Assembly: GCA_038046385.1 (NCBI GenBank)
Contig: JBBSWH010000019.1
Span: 1-27,190 of the forward strand
Direction: 5' to 3'
Length of the DNA stretch: 27,190 nt
Origin: Nanobdellota archaeon
GTDB lineage: Archaea; Nanobdellota; Nanobdellia; Woesearchaeales; GW2011-AR4
Shown: positions 1-9,493 of the stretch, one piece after another
Layout: each line of letters starts with the position of its first letter
Position numbering within the stretch: position 1 is the first letter of the stretch
Notes under the pieces: generated by a model
Seen by the model: only the letters and a program-made list of their open reading frames with translations
Database searches by the model: none
Told to the model about the DNA's origin: nothing
Translations under genes and position numbers: made by a program

Positions 1-857
1 GTTGAATATTTTTCAACTGATTCTGTATAATGGATTCTTCTGAAAGGGGTTTTGACATCTTTGTTTAAAGTTGTCCTGAAAACATGCTTAATCATGCCTT
101 CTGTCAGTGTGAAAATATCATCTATGCCCGCAAATGACATCTCAAGATCAACCTGTGTATGTTCCGGCTGACGGTCCATTCTCAAGTCTTCATCTCTTAA
201 GCATCTTGCAAACTGGTAATAACGGTCAAAACCTGCAACCATTAGAATCTGTTTGTAAATCTGCGGGCTTTGGGGAAGTGCATAGAATTTGCCAGGATGT
301 ATTCTGCTCGGCACAACATAGTCCCTTGCGCCTTCGGGAGTTGTTTTTATGAGCATCGGCGTTTCTATTTCAATAAACTCATGTCCGTTAAGATATTCTC
401 TTATTGCAATTGCGACTTTATGGCGGAACATCAGCTGCTTCTGCATCTTTGGCCTTCTTAAGTCAAGAAACCTGTACTTCAATTTCATCTCTTCAGAAGC
501 TTCCAATCTATCATCAATTTCTATCGGAGGAGTCTGGGCGCGGTTTATGCTGACTATTTTATTTATCAGAACTTCAACGTGGCCTGTCGGGAGTTTTTCA
601 TTTGCCATTCCTGTCGGCCTTTTTCTTACAGCGCCTTCTACAATGACTACATCTTCCCTTCTCAATGATTCTGCGTTCTTGTGGCTCTCGATGTCATTGG
701 AAGGGTCAAAGACTATCTGTGTTAATCCATATCTGTCCCTAAGGTCGATAAATATGACTCCGCCATGGTCTCTTCTGGATGCGCACCAGCCTGCTAAGGT
801 GACTTTTTTATTTACATCCTTGTCATTGAGCTCGCCACATGTATGCGTTCTTTTCAT
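1..857 (-). CDS. aspS: Aspartyl-tRNA synthetase, bacterial type (5' part; runs off the left edge)
   Basis: Not in the ORF track. Manual translation from ATG at 857 gives MKRTHTCGEL...AGWCASRRDHGGVIFIDLRDRYGLTQ...GARDYVVPSR...FYALPQSPQIYKQILMVAGFDRYYQFARCLRDEDLRMDRQPEHTQVDLEMSF, which are bacterial AspRS OB-fold and motif-2 signatures. Confidence 0.95.
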   Translation of the reverse strand, partial: MKRTHTCGELNDKDVNKKVTLAGWCASRRDHGGVIFIDLRDRYGLTQIVFDPSNDIESHKNAESLRREDVVIVEGAVRKRPTGMANEKLPTGHVEVLINKIVSINRAQTPPIEIDDRLEASEEMKLKYRFLDLRRPKMQKQLMFRHKVAIAIREYLNGHEFIEIETPMLIKTTPEGARDYVVPSRIHPGKFYALPQSPQIYKQILMVAGFDRYYQFARCLRDEDLRMDRQPEHTQVDLEMSFAGIDDIFTLTEGMIKHVFRTTLNKDVKTPFRRIHYTESVEKYS

Positions 858-1016
858 AGTTTATAGGATGAATATATGTTATTTAAAGGTTGTTGTTAAG
901 ATTTTGGATTGTTTGAATGTATTGTTTAGAATTGTAAGTTGTTTGATTTTTATGTGCTTCGCACAAACTTTACAGCTCGCTGGCACCATAACCAGCTCGC
1001 CAATAATTATAGAACT

Positions 1017-1598
1017 TCAATTCCTTCCTTTCATCGAAACGTCGTACATTACTTCTTCAAGCTTTTTTAAATTCCATTTGATTGAGTCTGATTTTTTCCT
1101 TAATTCTCCGTTTCTCAAATTCAGCTTAAGAAATTCACCATAAATGTCGTGGACAAGCTCTTTTATTTTTTCAGCTTCGTCAAATTTTTTGTGGATTACG
1201 TCATAGATTGCTTTTCTCCCTAATTCGCCTGTCAAGTCGCACAATCCGCTTAGGTAGTCTTCTGCATTGACTTTAAGGGATGCTTTTGAAGGCAATCTGT
1301 TGTTTTTTACAAATTCATAGAAGCACATTGCTTCAACATATTCCTGGAAAGCAACTGAGTTGATGTTAGTGTCAATGCTTGTTCCCAAAGGAGTCCTTAT
1401 CTTTCTTAGCTTTGCAACATCTGCCTTGATTTCTTTTACAGCAGATTCTGCTTCTTCAGGCCCGTTTCTTTGGGCAGCATAGATAACCTGTTTTGAAAGG
1501 GTTATTATCTTCCTTGAAAGCTGGATTACTTCTTCTCTTTTAACATCAAGAGCGTGCATCTCTTCCCTTATCCCGTTGAATTCTTTCTTGTTTAACAT
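1017..1598 (-). CDS. Translin/Trax-family RNA-binding nuclease (archaeal translin-like)
   Basis: 193 aa, all-helical. Contains KREEVIQLSRKI, FQEYVEA and EDYLSGLCDLTGELGR, typical of the translin family. Confidence 0.85.
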   Translation of the reverse strand: MLNKKEFNGIREEMHALDVKREEVIQLSRKIITLSKQVIYAAQRNGPEEAESAVKEIKADVAKLRKIRTPLGTSIDTNINSVAFQEYVEAMCFYEFVKNNRLPSKASLKVNAEDYLSGLCDLTGELGRKAIYDVIHKKFDEAEKIKELVHDIYGEFLKLNLRNGELRKKSDSIKWNLKKLEEVMYDVSMKGRN

Positions 1599-1683
1599 TG
1601 TTATAGATAAATGAGCTTTCTTTATAAGGATTTTGATGCACTAAACCGATAGATTTAAATAGGTATTTTAAGAAAAAACACGT

Positions 1684-2259
1684 ATGGCTAGTCCTTTCAG
1701 AAACGTACTGACATTTTTTGACAGTCTTGGATTATTTGATGTTGTGCTTCCGTTCATTCTTGTGTTTACTATAGTTTTTGCCATTCTTGAAAAAACAAAA
1801 GTCTTGGGAATGGAGGAAATTGACGGCAAGAAGTACACAAAGAAGAATTTAAATGCAATTGCGGCATTTGTCATATCATTTCTTGTAATAGCATCATCTG
1901 AGCTTGTTGAGATTATAACGTCTGTTTCATCAAAGGCAGTTGTTGTATTATTCTTATCGTTCCTGTTCCTGCTGTTAGTCGGATCTTTCGTGAAAGAAGG
2001 CGAGCCGATATTCCTTGAAGGCGGCTGGAAACTTTTATTCATGATAATTTGTTTTGTGTCAATAGTTGCGATTTTCCTTGACGCAATAAAGACAAAAGAC
2101 GGCAAGAGCTGGCTTGAAGCCTTGAGCAGCGGCTTTTCCTCTGGAGGGGTCAATGACACCGTTGTCGGATCGGTTGTGCTGCTTGGTTTGATGGTGTTAT
2201 TTGTAATGTATGCTACACGAGACCCAAAGAAAGAAAGTAGTGGTGGCGGGAATCACTAA
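1684..2259 (+). CDS. Multi-pass membrane protein, unknown function (paralog 1)
   Basis: About 5 TM segments. N-terminal motif GLFDVVLPFILVFTIVFAILEKTKVLG...KNLN is shared with the next ORF. Confidence 0.8.
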   Translation: MASPFRNVLTFFDSLGLFDVVLPFILVFTIVFAILEKTKVLGMEEIDGKKYTKKNLNAIAAFVISFLVIASSELVEIITSVSSKAVVVLFLSFLFLLLVGSFVKEGEPIFLEGGWKLLFMIICFVSIVAIFLDAIKTKDGKSWLEALSSGFSSGGVNDTVVGSVVLLGLMVLFVMYATRDPKKESSGGGNH

Positions 2260-2360
2260 ACTTTTTAATAACATTTATATACTAATATTAAACTAAAATC
2301 GTCATATAAATCAAAGGCAGTGTGAAACTGACCTCATCGTAAAAACTCAGAGGTGTAAAA

Positions 2361-2966
2361 ATGGCTCAAAATCTTCAAAGCATGATAGTAAGGCTTGATG
2401 CTTTAGGTCTTACCGATGTAATTCTCCCGTTTATGCTCATTTTTGTCATAATTTTTGCAATACTTCAAAAGACAAAGATACTCGGAGAGTCAAGAAAGAA
2501 CCTTAATGTTGTCATTGCAATTGTTGTTGGGCTGCTTGTGATTATTCCGCATGCAACCGGAAGGTTCCCTCCAAATTCTGACCCTGTCACAATAATGAAC
2601 AACGCATTGCCTCAAGTTTCAATAGTGCTTGTTGCAGTAATATTCATGCTTATCCTAATAGGCGTTTTCGGGCAAGAACAAGTATTCCTTGGTGTGGCTA
2701 TGCCAGGATGGATAATGTTTTTCTCATTGATAACAATATTGATTATATTCGGCGGCGCAGCAGGATGGTGGACAAACTATTTTGGAAATTCGATTGAAGG
2801 ATTTTTTGGCACAGATGCCGTGGCTGTTGCAATAATGCTTCTTGTATTCGGAATAATAATTGCGTGGATAACATCCGATTCAAAAGAGAGGGAAGACAGA
2901 TCTGCCCTTAACAGAATGGGAATGGACTTCAGCAAGCTTTTTGGAGGAGGCAAAGGGGGCCATTAA
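2361..2966 (+). CDS. Multi-pass membrane protein, unknown function (paralog 2)
   Basis: Motif GLTDVILPFMLIFVIIFAILQKTKILG...KNLN. SD GAGGTG upstream. Gly-rich C-terminus ending in His, like paralog 1. Confidence 0.8.
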   Translation: MAQNLQSMIVRLDALGLTDVILPFMLIFVIIFAILQKTKILGESRKNLNVVIAIVVGLLVIIPHATGRFPPNSDPVTIMNNALPQVSIVLVAVIFMLILIGVFGQEQVFLGVAMPGWIMFFSLITILIIFGGAAGWWTNYFGNSIEGFFGTDAVAVAIMLLVFGIIIAWITSDSKEREDRSALNRMGMDFSKLFGGGKGGH

Positions 2967-2972
2967 ACTAGC

Positions 2973-3473
2973 ATGGCAACCTTTCTTGATGTAACCAGTT
3001 TAAGGCATTTTAATTCATTATTTGTTTTTCTCTTTGCATGGATTTTTGTCTATGCAATGCTGATGTATTTTAAAGTCCTCGGAGGAAATAATTTCGTAGC
3101 TGCAACGCTCGGGTTATTGCTTGCAATATTTGTAGTAACAAATGAGTTCGCAGCGCAGCTCATAGGGGGAGTTGCACCGATTATTGTTGCTATACTGGTG
3201 CTTATAGTGTTTTTTTCAATCACTGGGAGGATGCTTGGGGCAGATGTTGAGCATTATGGCCCAATAAAAGCAGTCATGCTCGTTATAATAGTGATGATAA
3301 TCATGGTATCTATCGGATTTAAGGTAAAGGACAGTATTGGAGTAGACAATGTTGACAGAACAGACCTTTCAAAATCAGTAAACTTATTGTTTCATCCAAG
3401 CTTTCTTGGATCTATGCTCATACTGCTAGTTTCAATATTCACAGTCGCACTGCTTGCAACGAAATCTGCCTAG
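2973..3473 (+). CDS. Multi-pass membrane protein, unknown function (probable distant paralog 3)
   Basis: About 5 TM segments. FVFLFAWIFVYAMLMYFKVLG resembles the first helix of paralogs 1 and 2. Starts 6 nt after the previous stop. Confidence 0.75.
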   Translation: MATFLDVTSLRHFNSLFVFLFAWIFVYAMLMYFKVLGGNNFVAATLGLLLAIFVVTNEFAAQLIGGVAPIIVAILVLIVFFSITGRMLGADVEHYGPIKAVMLVIIVMIIMVSIGFKVKDSIGVDNVDRTDLSKSVNLLFHPSFLGSMLILLVSIFTVALLATKSA

Positions 3474-3506
3474 TAACTAGTGAGAATTATAATTGGCAAA
3501 GTGATA

Positions 3507-4205
3507 TTATTTTTTCTGAGAACTGATGTTTTTCGTTGCGCGCTCTAATCTGTTTACGCTTTCTGTCATTGTCGGAAGAACTTTCTGGAAAACCTTTTCC
3601 ATTGCCTTTATCTCTGTTCCAACGTCGATTATATTTTGGTCATAAGAAGAAATTTTTCCCATTATGCTTTTTGTCAAAGAGTCAATGCTAATCTTCATAT
3701 CCAGAAGCTGCTGCTCTATTTTGGTTATTCTTTCCTCGCTTCTCTCTTTCCACTCAACTACCTTTCTTATGTCAACAGCAAGCTCGTCCCATTTTTCGTC
3801 TATTATTGACTCGGCTATCTCCTGTATTCTTTCTTCGTCTATAGTGGCTGGTTCTTCGGTTTGCATTGGAACTTCTCTTCTTTGCATCGGCGCTGGCTGA
3901 GGCTGTTCAAATGCTTCAGATGGAGCATCATCAAAATGGCCATAATCAGACATTCCTGCTTCCATCTGCGGCTGCTGCGCCCCGCTTAATCCGGATTGGC
4001 CTATTGCATCGGAAATCTGCGTTGTGGAATATCCCTGGCTTTGAAGAGTCTGTATTATCTGGTTGTTAGTATATCCCTGGTGCTTCATCATCGTGACCTG
4101 TTCTACAGGCGCCTGCGGCTGCTGCTGAGGCATATCAAACTGAGTAGGCATATCCAGATGAGTATCAAGAGAATCCTCTTTCTTTTTTGACTTGAATAAA
4201 GACAT
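3507..4205 (-). CDS. Coiled-coil protein, unknown function
   Basis: Q/P-rich N-terminal half with a QGYTNNQIIQTLQSQGYS repeat, heptad-rich C-terminal half. SD GAGGTG precedes the ATG at 4205. Confidence 0.75.
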   Translation of the reverse strand: MSLFKSKKKEDSLDTHLDMPTQFDMPQQQPQAPVEQVTMMKHQGYTNNQIIQTLQSQGYSTTQISDAIGQSGLSGAQQPQMEAGMSDYGHFDDAPSEAFEQPQPAPMQRREVPMQTEEPATIDEERIQEIAESIIDEKWDELAVDIRKVVEWKERSEERITKIEQQLLDMKISIDSLTKSIMGKISSYDQNIIDVGTEIKAMEKVFQKVLPTMTESVNRLERATKNISSQKK

Positions 4206-4262
4206 CAATACACCTCTTTTTTTATTCTTCTACTTGTGTAAGCGTATTTAAAGTTTTCCATA

Positions 4263-4715
4263 TTATCCTGATTTTGGCTCTTTTTTTGTTTTTCTCTCAA
4301 GAGCATCATTCACTATCTGCTCAACTTCATTGCTTGTGACAAATTTTATCGGGTTCCATAAGTTGATGTATTTTTCAAGCACTTTTACTTCTTCTTTCCT
4401 TGCAACAGACTGCAGTTCCTTGATTATTAATCCCATTTTTTCCCTTATTTCCTGCATTTCCTTCCTTAATTCTAAAATGTCAGAGTTTGTTGTCTTTATT
4501 TCAACAGAATAGTGCTTGTTCTTTGCTATGGTATTTTCTTCTGTCACCTGGAAGAATTTTCTCAGGTTGGTTGTGCCTTCTTCCAAAAGCCTTAATCTTC
4601 TGCCTAAAGTGTTGATGTCATCATTCATTCCGCTGTAGTCTGCTGTTTCAGCCTGCTTTGAATGGCCGAAATTCATCATAGGCTTCTTTAACGGAGGCGG
4701 TTCTTGTATTGGCAT
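4263..4715 (-). CDS. Coiled-coil protein, unknown function
   Basis: 150 aa with a long heptad region followed by VLEKYINLWNPIKFVT. Confidence 0.75.
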   Translation of the reverse strand: MPIQEPPPLKKPMMNFGHSKQAETADYSGMNDDINTLGRRLRLLEEGTTNLRKFFQVTEENTIAKNKHYSVEIKTTNSDILELRKEMQEIREKMGLIIKELQSVARKEEVKVLEKYINLWNPIKFVTSNEVEQIVNDALERKTKKEPKSG

Positions 4716-4770
4716 TTTGATTCTCTTTTTTTATTTGATTTATCAACTAACTTTGATTAGGCTTCATTGG

Positions 4771-6318
4771 TTAACTTGTTCGTTTTAGCTTTCCACGTTG
4801 GAATAGACTTCCATCCAGATTAAAGCTTGCTGGTTTGTCTGTACTAAATGTTGCTGCAGTCGCCATAGGATCGACACCGTCAAATACTGACTGAAGATCC
4901 CCCATTTCTGAATTTTCAAATGTTCGAGTAGGATTTATTTTAATATAAATATGGCTCCCGGCACGATTTGCATAAGCTTCAGGGGTTAACGCTGTAGATT
5001 TTTCGATCTTGCCGTTTCTAATTTTAACTTCTCCGCCAGGATTTACCTCAATTGTTTTTGATATTGGAAGGATAGGGGTGCTTGGAGATATTGAATAAGA
5101 TGTTGATTTTTCTTTTTTCTTAATAAGAGTGTTATAAAAATCAAGATGCTGCTCTACAGAAGCGTAGATTGAGTGATATTTTAAACAGAATTCAAATGCA
5201 TTTATGATATGTGCTCTAACTTTTTCTTGATTTTCAAATGCATAAATCAATGAATCATATATATCTGACTCTGTTTTAGATTGTCCGAGGCTCATCTCCC
5301 CTTTGCAAGTTATTACTGGCAACCCCATACAAATTGCTTCTTTTGCGGTCATAGGGTACAAACTATCAGTTTTCATTGGGGCAACCATGACAGTCCCTAT
5401 TCTATACCACGCAGCTAATTCTATATCCCCTGCCCATGGAATAAATATTATTTGATTACCAATAATCTCCTTTGGGGCTCCTGCACCTATTATTTTACTT
5501 TCGGAATCGTTTGTTTTTCCTCCTACAAATATTAATTTTGTATTTTTGTATTTTGGGTTTTTTAATATTCTTAGGAAGGCTTTGACTGCCCTGTCATAAC
5601 CTTTAGACTCCTCTATCCTACCTATAAAAAGTATTAACCTATTTCCAGCCAAGTTATAAGTATTCAATAGTTCACCGGCCTTAGCTTCCATTTTTGGATC
5701 ATTTATGAATTTAAAAAAATCAACCCCATTTTCTATTGAAATCATTTCTCCGTGATATTTTTTGAAGAATTTTTTAAAATAAGTTAATTGAGTATTACTT
5801 ATTCCTATTACCGCATCACTTTTTTCTATTGTATCTTTTTGTGATTTTGCCCTGCCGCCCCACATTGATTCATCATAGTATTTATCTAATATTTCCGGTA
5901 TGGCTTCATTTTCTGATTCTTCCAGTTTTTCTTTTTCTTTACTAGTCATATATGCATGAGGAATGAGCTGGTGCAATGTAAAAACTATTGGTGTGCTTGG
6001 AAAAGCATTTTTTAGAACATCTACAGCCCCATCATATTCAAACGTTTGCGTATGTATATGAATTATATCCGGTATAAATCCCATATCAAGCAAAGTTTTA
6101 GGCAGGTCTTTAGTTTTTAGAACTCTAGTTTTAAAATTACCAAAAAAATTGTAATGACTTTTGTACCAATGGGTTATGAATTCTGTATTCATCCCGTATT
6201 CTCTTTGGTAGTTAAACAAATTTACAGCGCAAGTTACAACTCCTGCCCTAATAGTGGTAGGTATTGAAAGATGTACTATTTTCAGCGGGCTGTAACTCTT
6301 CTTTTTTATGCTTATCAT
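4771..6318 (-). CDS. Glycosyltransferase family 4 (GT-B) with C-terminal extension
   Basis: Motifs PDIIHIH, VFTLH, DAVIGIS, IENGVD, ILFIGRIEESKG and EAICMGLPVIT, plus about 110 extra C-terminal residues. Confidence 0.85.
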   Translation of the reverse strand: MISIKKKSYSPLKIVHLSIPTTIRAGVVTCAVNLFNYQREYGMNTEFITHWYKSHYNFFGNFKTRVLKTKDLPKTLLDMGFIPDIIHIHTQTFEYDGAVDVLKNAFPSTPIVFTLHQLIPHAYMTSKEKEKLEESENEAIPEILDKYYDESMWGGRAKSQKDTIEKSDAVIGISNTQLTYFKKFFKKYHGEMISIENGVDFFKFINDPKMEAKAGELLNTYNLAGNRLILFIGRIEESKGYDRAVKAFLRILKNPKYKNTKLIFVGGKTNDSESKIIGAGAPKEIIGNQIIFIPWAGDIELAAWYRIGTVMVAPMKTDSLYPMTAKEAICMGLPVITCKGEMSLGQSKTESDIYDSLIYAFENQEKVRAHIINAFEFCLKYHSIYASVEQHLDFYNTLIKKKEKSTSYSISPSTPILPISKTIEVNPGGEVKIRNGKIEKSTALTPEAYANRAGSHIYIKINPTRTFENSEMGDLQSVFDGVDPMATAATFSTDKPASFNLDGSLFQRGKLKRTS

Positions 6319-6323
6319 TTTTT

Positions 6324-8675
6324 TTAAGGAAATTTTATTTTAATGTTATTTCTAAAAAAATCAAAATTATTGTAAGGTAAACTGCTTAAGTTTCCAGGAG
6401 GATATTCTGATGGAGGGTATTGGTTTGGGGCTCCTTTTTTTGGAGGGTACTCGTCTCCAGGATATTGAGTTGGAGGATATTGTCCCGGGGGGTACTGCCT
6501 TGGCGGATATTCTCTCGGTGGATACTCATGTGGAGGATACTCATGTGGAGGATACTCATGTGGAGGATACTCATGTGGTGGGTATTCCTGAGGCGGTTCT
6601 GATGTTCTTCCACTAATGAATATCTCGATTGACTTTTCTGAGGCTCTTCTGTAAGTATCTTTTGCGCTTATTGCCATTATACTGATAACGTTTCTTCCCT
6701 GATTGAGTTGGCCTATTTCTTCTGTAGTGAATTGAACAACTGGTTCTGTATCATAGTTCTTATTAACAATCCGTTCTGCTTTTTTTACACCATTTACATA
6801 ACATGCAACTTTATAGGGAGGAATTCCACTTGCAAAATTAGTCCATATCCTGATTAACTGCTGATTAATTCCTGGAGGAGTTTTTGCTTGTGCTGTAACA
6901 TCAATCCATTTTTTATGAACTTCTCCTTGCGCACTTATCTCAACAGCTTCTTCACCAGGATATTTGGTAGGCTCTAGAATTCCAACGTGAAGCTCCTGCA
7001 ACTCTGTGAATGATCTTAAGTTGCTTTCAAGGAACTTAAGCAGTTCCCTTATGTACTGCAAGTATCTCATCTGCGCGTGAACTGCAGGGATAAGCTTTCC
7101 ATTAAAGAATACTTTTTCTTCCTGCTCAAAATATTCCGAAAGTTCTGCAGCCCCTTTATCGCGTATGGCAGTCCATTTTTCATACTTGCCTTCTTTCAGC
7201 CAGTTTTGCAGGTATCTCAAGTCAGTCAATTGCTTAAGCAATTTTTCAATTCCTTCCTCTTTCTTGGCTATAAGGAAGAATCTTGCTATTATTCTCTTAA
7301 TGGCAGGCACAATTCCTTCATTGTCGTGCATTAATTCATTGAAGGCAAGGAGTATTTTTGCAAGAGATTCTTTTTGCCATTCTGCTGAAGCAGGCATTTC
7401 TCCGCTTTGCTCCCTTGGAGTGAGGTATCCTGGATGGTACCCTTCAGGAAGTTCCTCATTAGGCTTTTTATTTGCCTTATGCCCATACTTTATGAACTCC
7501 TGCCATTCAACAAGCTTTGATTTATTAGTGTTATTTCCGCTCAGCTCTTCTTCTACATTGCGCAATTCCAACAAGTCTTTTTCGAGCTCAATCTCGAGTT
7601 TAAGTATCTGAGAAACCTCATCCTGCTGCTGCATAATATTTTGATATTCTGGTGATTCGCGGTCGCTCAAAAAAGCCGGATCCCTAATTGTTTTGTGATA
7701 AACGTCTAGAAACTCCTTAGAAAGTTTTCCTTTCCTTTCTATAATCTCTCGTATTTTCTTAAGTATCGCTGCTTTTAACTCAACAATCTTTGTGATTTCA
7801 TCTATAATCTTCTGTATTGTAAGACCTCCAGGCGTTCCTTCCGGAGTTGTTGAAGTAGTTGTGGTTGTTGTAGTTCCTGTACCTCTTCTCTTCCAAGGCT
7901 TCAAAATCATCAAAGCAATTAGCAAAGGCAATAAAAGTAGTAACAGCCACCACCATTTATTTGTCTTCTTCTCTTCTCCGGCTGCTGCAGCGCCTACTGG
8001 CGGTGTTGTGCTATCTGTAGGTGTTGTTGTCTCTGTGATAACTTTTTCTCCTGTTGCTGTTGTTTTCAGCCCAAGATTCAGATTAGAAAGCGGGTTGCTT
8101 AGTGTTGGCTTAAAGTTCATGCCAAAGTTCTTGAAAAAGCCGCCAAATGAGGATTTTGGAAGCGAAGGAGTTCCTATTGTTGGAACTTTTGGAGCTGAAA
8201 AGTAATCAAACAGGCCCTGCATCAGCATTATTGTGAGTATCGTAAGCAATAGTGCTGTTATCAAACGCCAGAACTTGCTTTCAATGCCTTTAAGCATCCA
8301 CCAGTACAGCATGAACAATAAGAAATAAAGAATCCAATGTACCCAAGGCAATAATGAAGTGACTGATATATCCCTTAAAACAAGCAGGAATGCTGTTGCC
8401 AGTCCAAGCAGTATCACAATCATCTGCTCCGGCCTTTTCATTTCTTTGAACGCGTACCTTGCGCCCATCATGTATACTGCTATGAACAGGAATGAAAAGA
8501 AGAAAAAGTCAATTGCTTTGGAGTATGGAGCGTACTGCCCTGTAAAGAAGTTATTAATGCTCAGTAAACCGCCCTGCATAGCATCTGTTATAGGGGCTGC
8601 ATAGGCAACTGTAGATAACATCAATATAATAGCTAAGGCAAACAATGAAATGTTAACCATTTTTTCTTTTTTCAT
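6324..8675 (-). CDS. Large membrane-anchored protein (TM bundle, Thr-rich linkers, coiled coil, beta-rich domain, xxYPP repeats)
   Basis: 783-aa ORF with a signal-like N-terminus, several TMs, a WWWLLLLLLPLL anchor and a C-terminal Pro/Tyr repeat. Confidence 0.8.
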   Translation of the reverse strand: MKKEKMVNISLFALAIILMLSTVAYAAPITDAMQGGLLSINNFFTGQYAPYSKAIDFFFFSFLFIAVYMMGARYAFKEMKRPEQMIVILLGLATAFLLVLRDISVTSLLPWVHWILYFLLFMLYWWMLKGIESKFWRLITALLLTILTIMLMQGLFDYFSAPKVPTIGTPSLPKSSFGGFFKNFGMNFKPTLSNPLSNLNLGLKTTATGEKVITETTTPTDSTTPPVGAAAAGEEKKTNKWWWLLLLLLPLLIALMILKPWKRRGTGTTTTTTTSTTPEGTPGGLTIQKIIDEITKIVELKAAILKKIREIIERKGKLSKEFLDVYHKTIRDPAFLSDRESPEYQNIMQQQDEVSQILKLEIELEKDLLELRNVEEELSGNNTNKSKLVEWQEFIKYGHKANKKPNEELPEGYHPGYLTPREQSGEMPASAEWQKESLAKILLAFNELMHDNEGIVPAIKRIIARFFLIAKKEEGIEKLLKQLTDLRYLQNWLKEGKYEKWTAIRDKGAAELSEYFEQEEKVFFNGKLIPAVHAQMRYLQYIRELLKFLESNLRSFTELQELHVGILEPTKYPGEEAVEISAQGEVHKKWIDVTAQAKTPPGINQQLIRIWTNFASGIPPYKVACYVNGVKKAERIVNKNYDTEPVVQFTTEEIGQLNQGRNVISIMAISAKDTYRRASEKSIEIFISGRTSEPPQEYPPHEYPPHEYPPHEYPPHEYPPREYPPRQYPPGQYPPTQYPGDEYPPKKGAPNQYPPSEYPPGNLSSLPYNNFDFFRNNIKIKFP
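6395..6590 (-). repeat. 15-bp tandem coding repeat (xxYPP pentapeptide, about 12 copies)
   Basis: Four near-identical GGATACTCATGTGGA units at 6520-6579 with degenerate flanking units. Encodes QEYPP(HEYPP)4REYPPRQYPPGQYPP... Confidence 0.9.
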
Positions 8676-8676
8676 G

Positions 8677-9198
8677 CTAAAACCTTGAAGTTGAATTCTT
8701 TATGATTTCCACAATCTTTGCTTCTCCAAACAAAACCAGCCCTTTGCGGAGCATCTGGAGCATTTCAGAGTCTTTTTTCCTGAACAAAGCAACCATTTCA
8801 TCTTCTGTTTTCATTATAACATTCACATTTGGAATTGAAACATCAAAGACAGAGACATTGTCTGTTACGAGAAGCAGGGTTTTATTGTCAAAAACAGCAG
8901 CTTTGCTGTTCTTTATGCTGTCCATGTTGAGCTTCTGCATTTCCTGCTCAGACATCAACAATACAATAGAAGATAGGTGTTCTGCTATTTTATTGTCAAA
9001 ATTAATTGAATAAAACAAGCCTGTGCCGAGCTTTTCGCCGGTTACAATCTCTTCTTTTTCCAGTTTTTTAAGAATGTTGAAGACACCGGCTGCGCTAAAA
9101 CCAAGTTTTTGCGCGATGTTTCTTATTGTAAGCCGTTCAGTAAAGTTTCTAACTAGAAAACTGATTACACTAAATTCGTTGTCCGAAAGGGATAACAT
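8677..9198 (-). CDS. Winged-HTH transcriptional regulator
   Basis: LTIRNIAQKLGFSAAGVFNILKKLEKEEIV followed by a wing hairpin. Lies 1 nt upstream of the 783-aa gene, so probably one operon. Confidence 0.8.
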   Translation of the reverse strand: MLSLSDNEFSVISFLVRNFTERLTIRNIAQKLGFSAAGVFNILKKLEKEEIVTGEKLGTGLFYSINFDNKIAEHLSSIVLLMSEQEMQKLNMDSIKNSKAAVFDNKTLLLVTDNVSVFDVSIPNVNVIMKTEDEMVALFRKKDSEMLQMLRKGLVLFGEAKIVEIIKNSTSRF

Positions 9199-9493
9199 TG
9201 TTTATTTTTACTAAACTATTTATTTTTTTAAATGTTTATTTGATTCTTATTGATTATTAGTCAATCTTTTTTGATAATAATCTGATTTTTATATATAAGT
9301 TATTGATTGAGTTTTATATATTTTTGTTTTTAATTTATTTGTTTATGAACTTTTTTAATGATTAATAACACTTTTTTAACAATTATGCACCTATTTATTT
9401 AGAACTTGTATTCAGTATTTTTAAATGTTTCGGTTTTGCTAAAATAGGAAGGTTTTTATACTCCTGTATACAAAAAGGTATAATCACAAAAAA

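Noticed and set aside
134-1143. Plus-strand ORFs 134-352, 270-461 and 349-1143
   Set aside because: They are antisense shadows of aspS and translin with no recognisable motifs.
6310-6345. Programmed fusion of the 783-aa protein with the GT4 via the A8 run
   Set aside because: The upstream stop codon lies at the start of the run and the GT frame has its own stop 8 codons upstream. The GT has a usable ATG.
6520-6579. Tandem repeat as a CRISPR array
   Set aside because: The units are contiguous 15-mers with no spacers, in frame within a CDS, and there are no cas genes.
9199-9430. Very AT-rich intergenic region as a replication origin
   Set aside because: No ORB-like repeats or cdc6/orc1 gene are visible. 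A divergent promoter region explains it.
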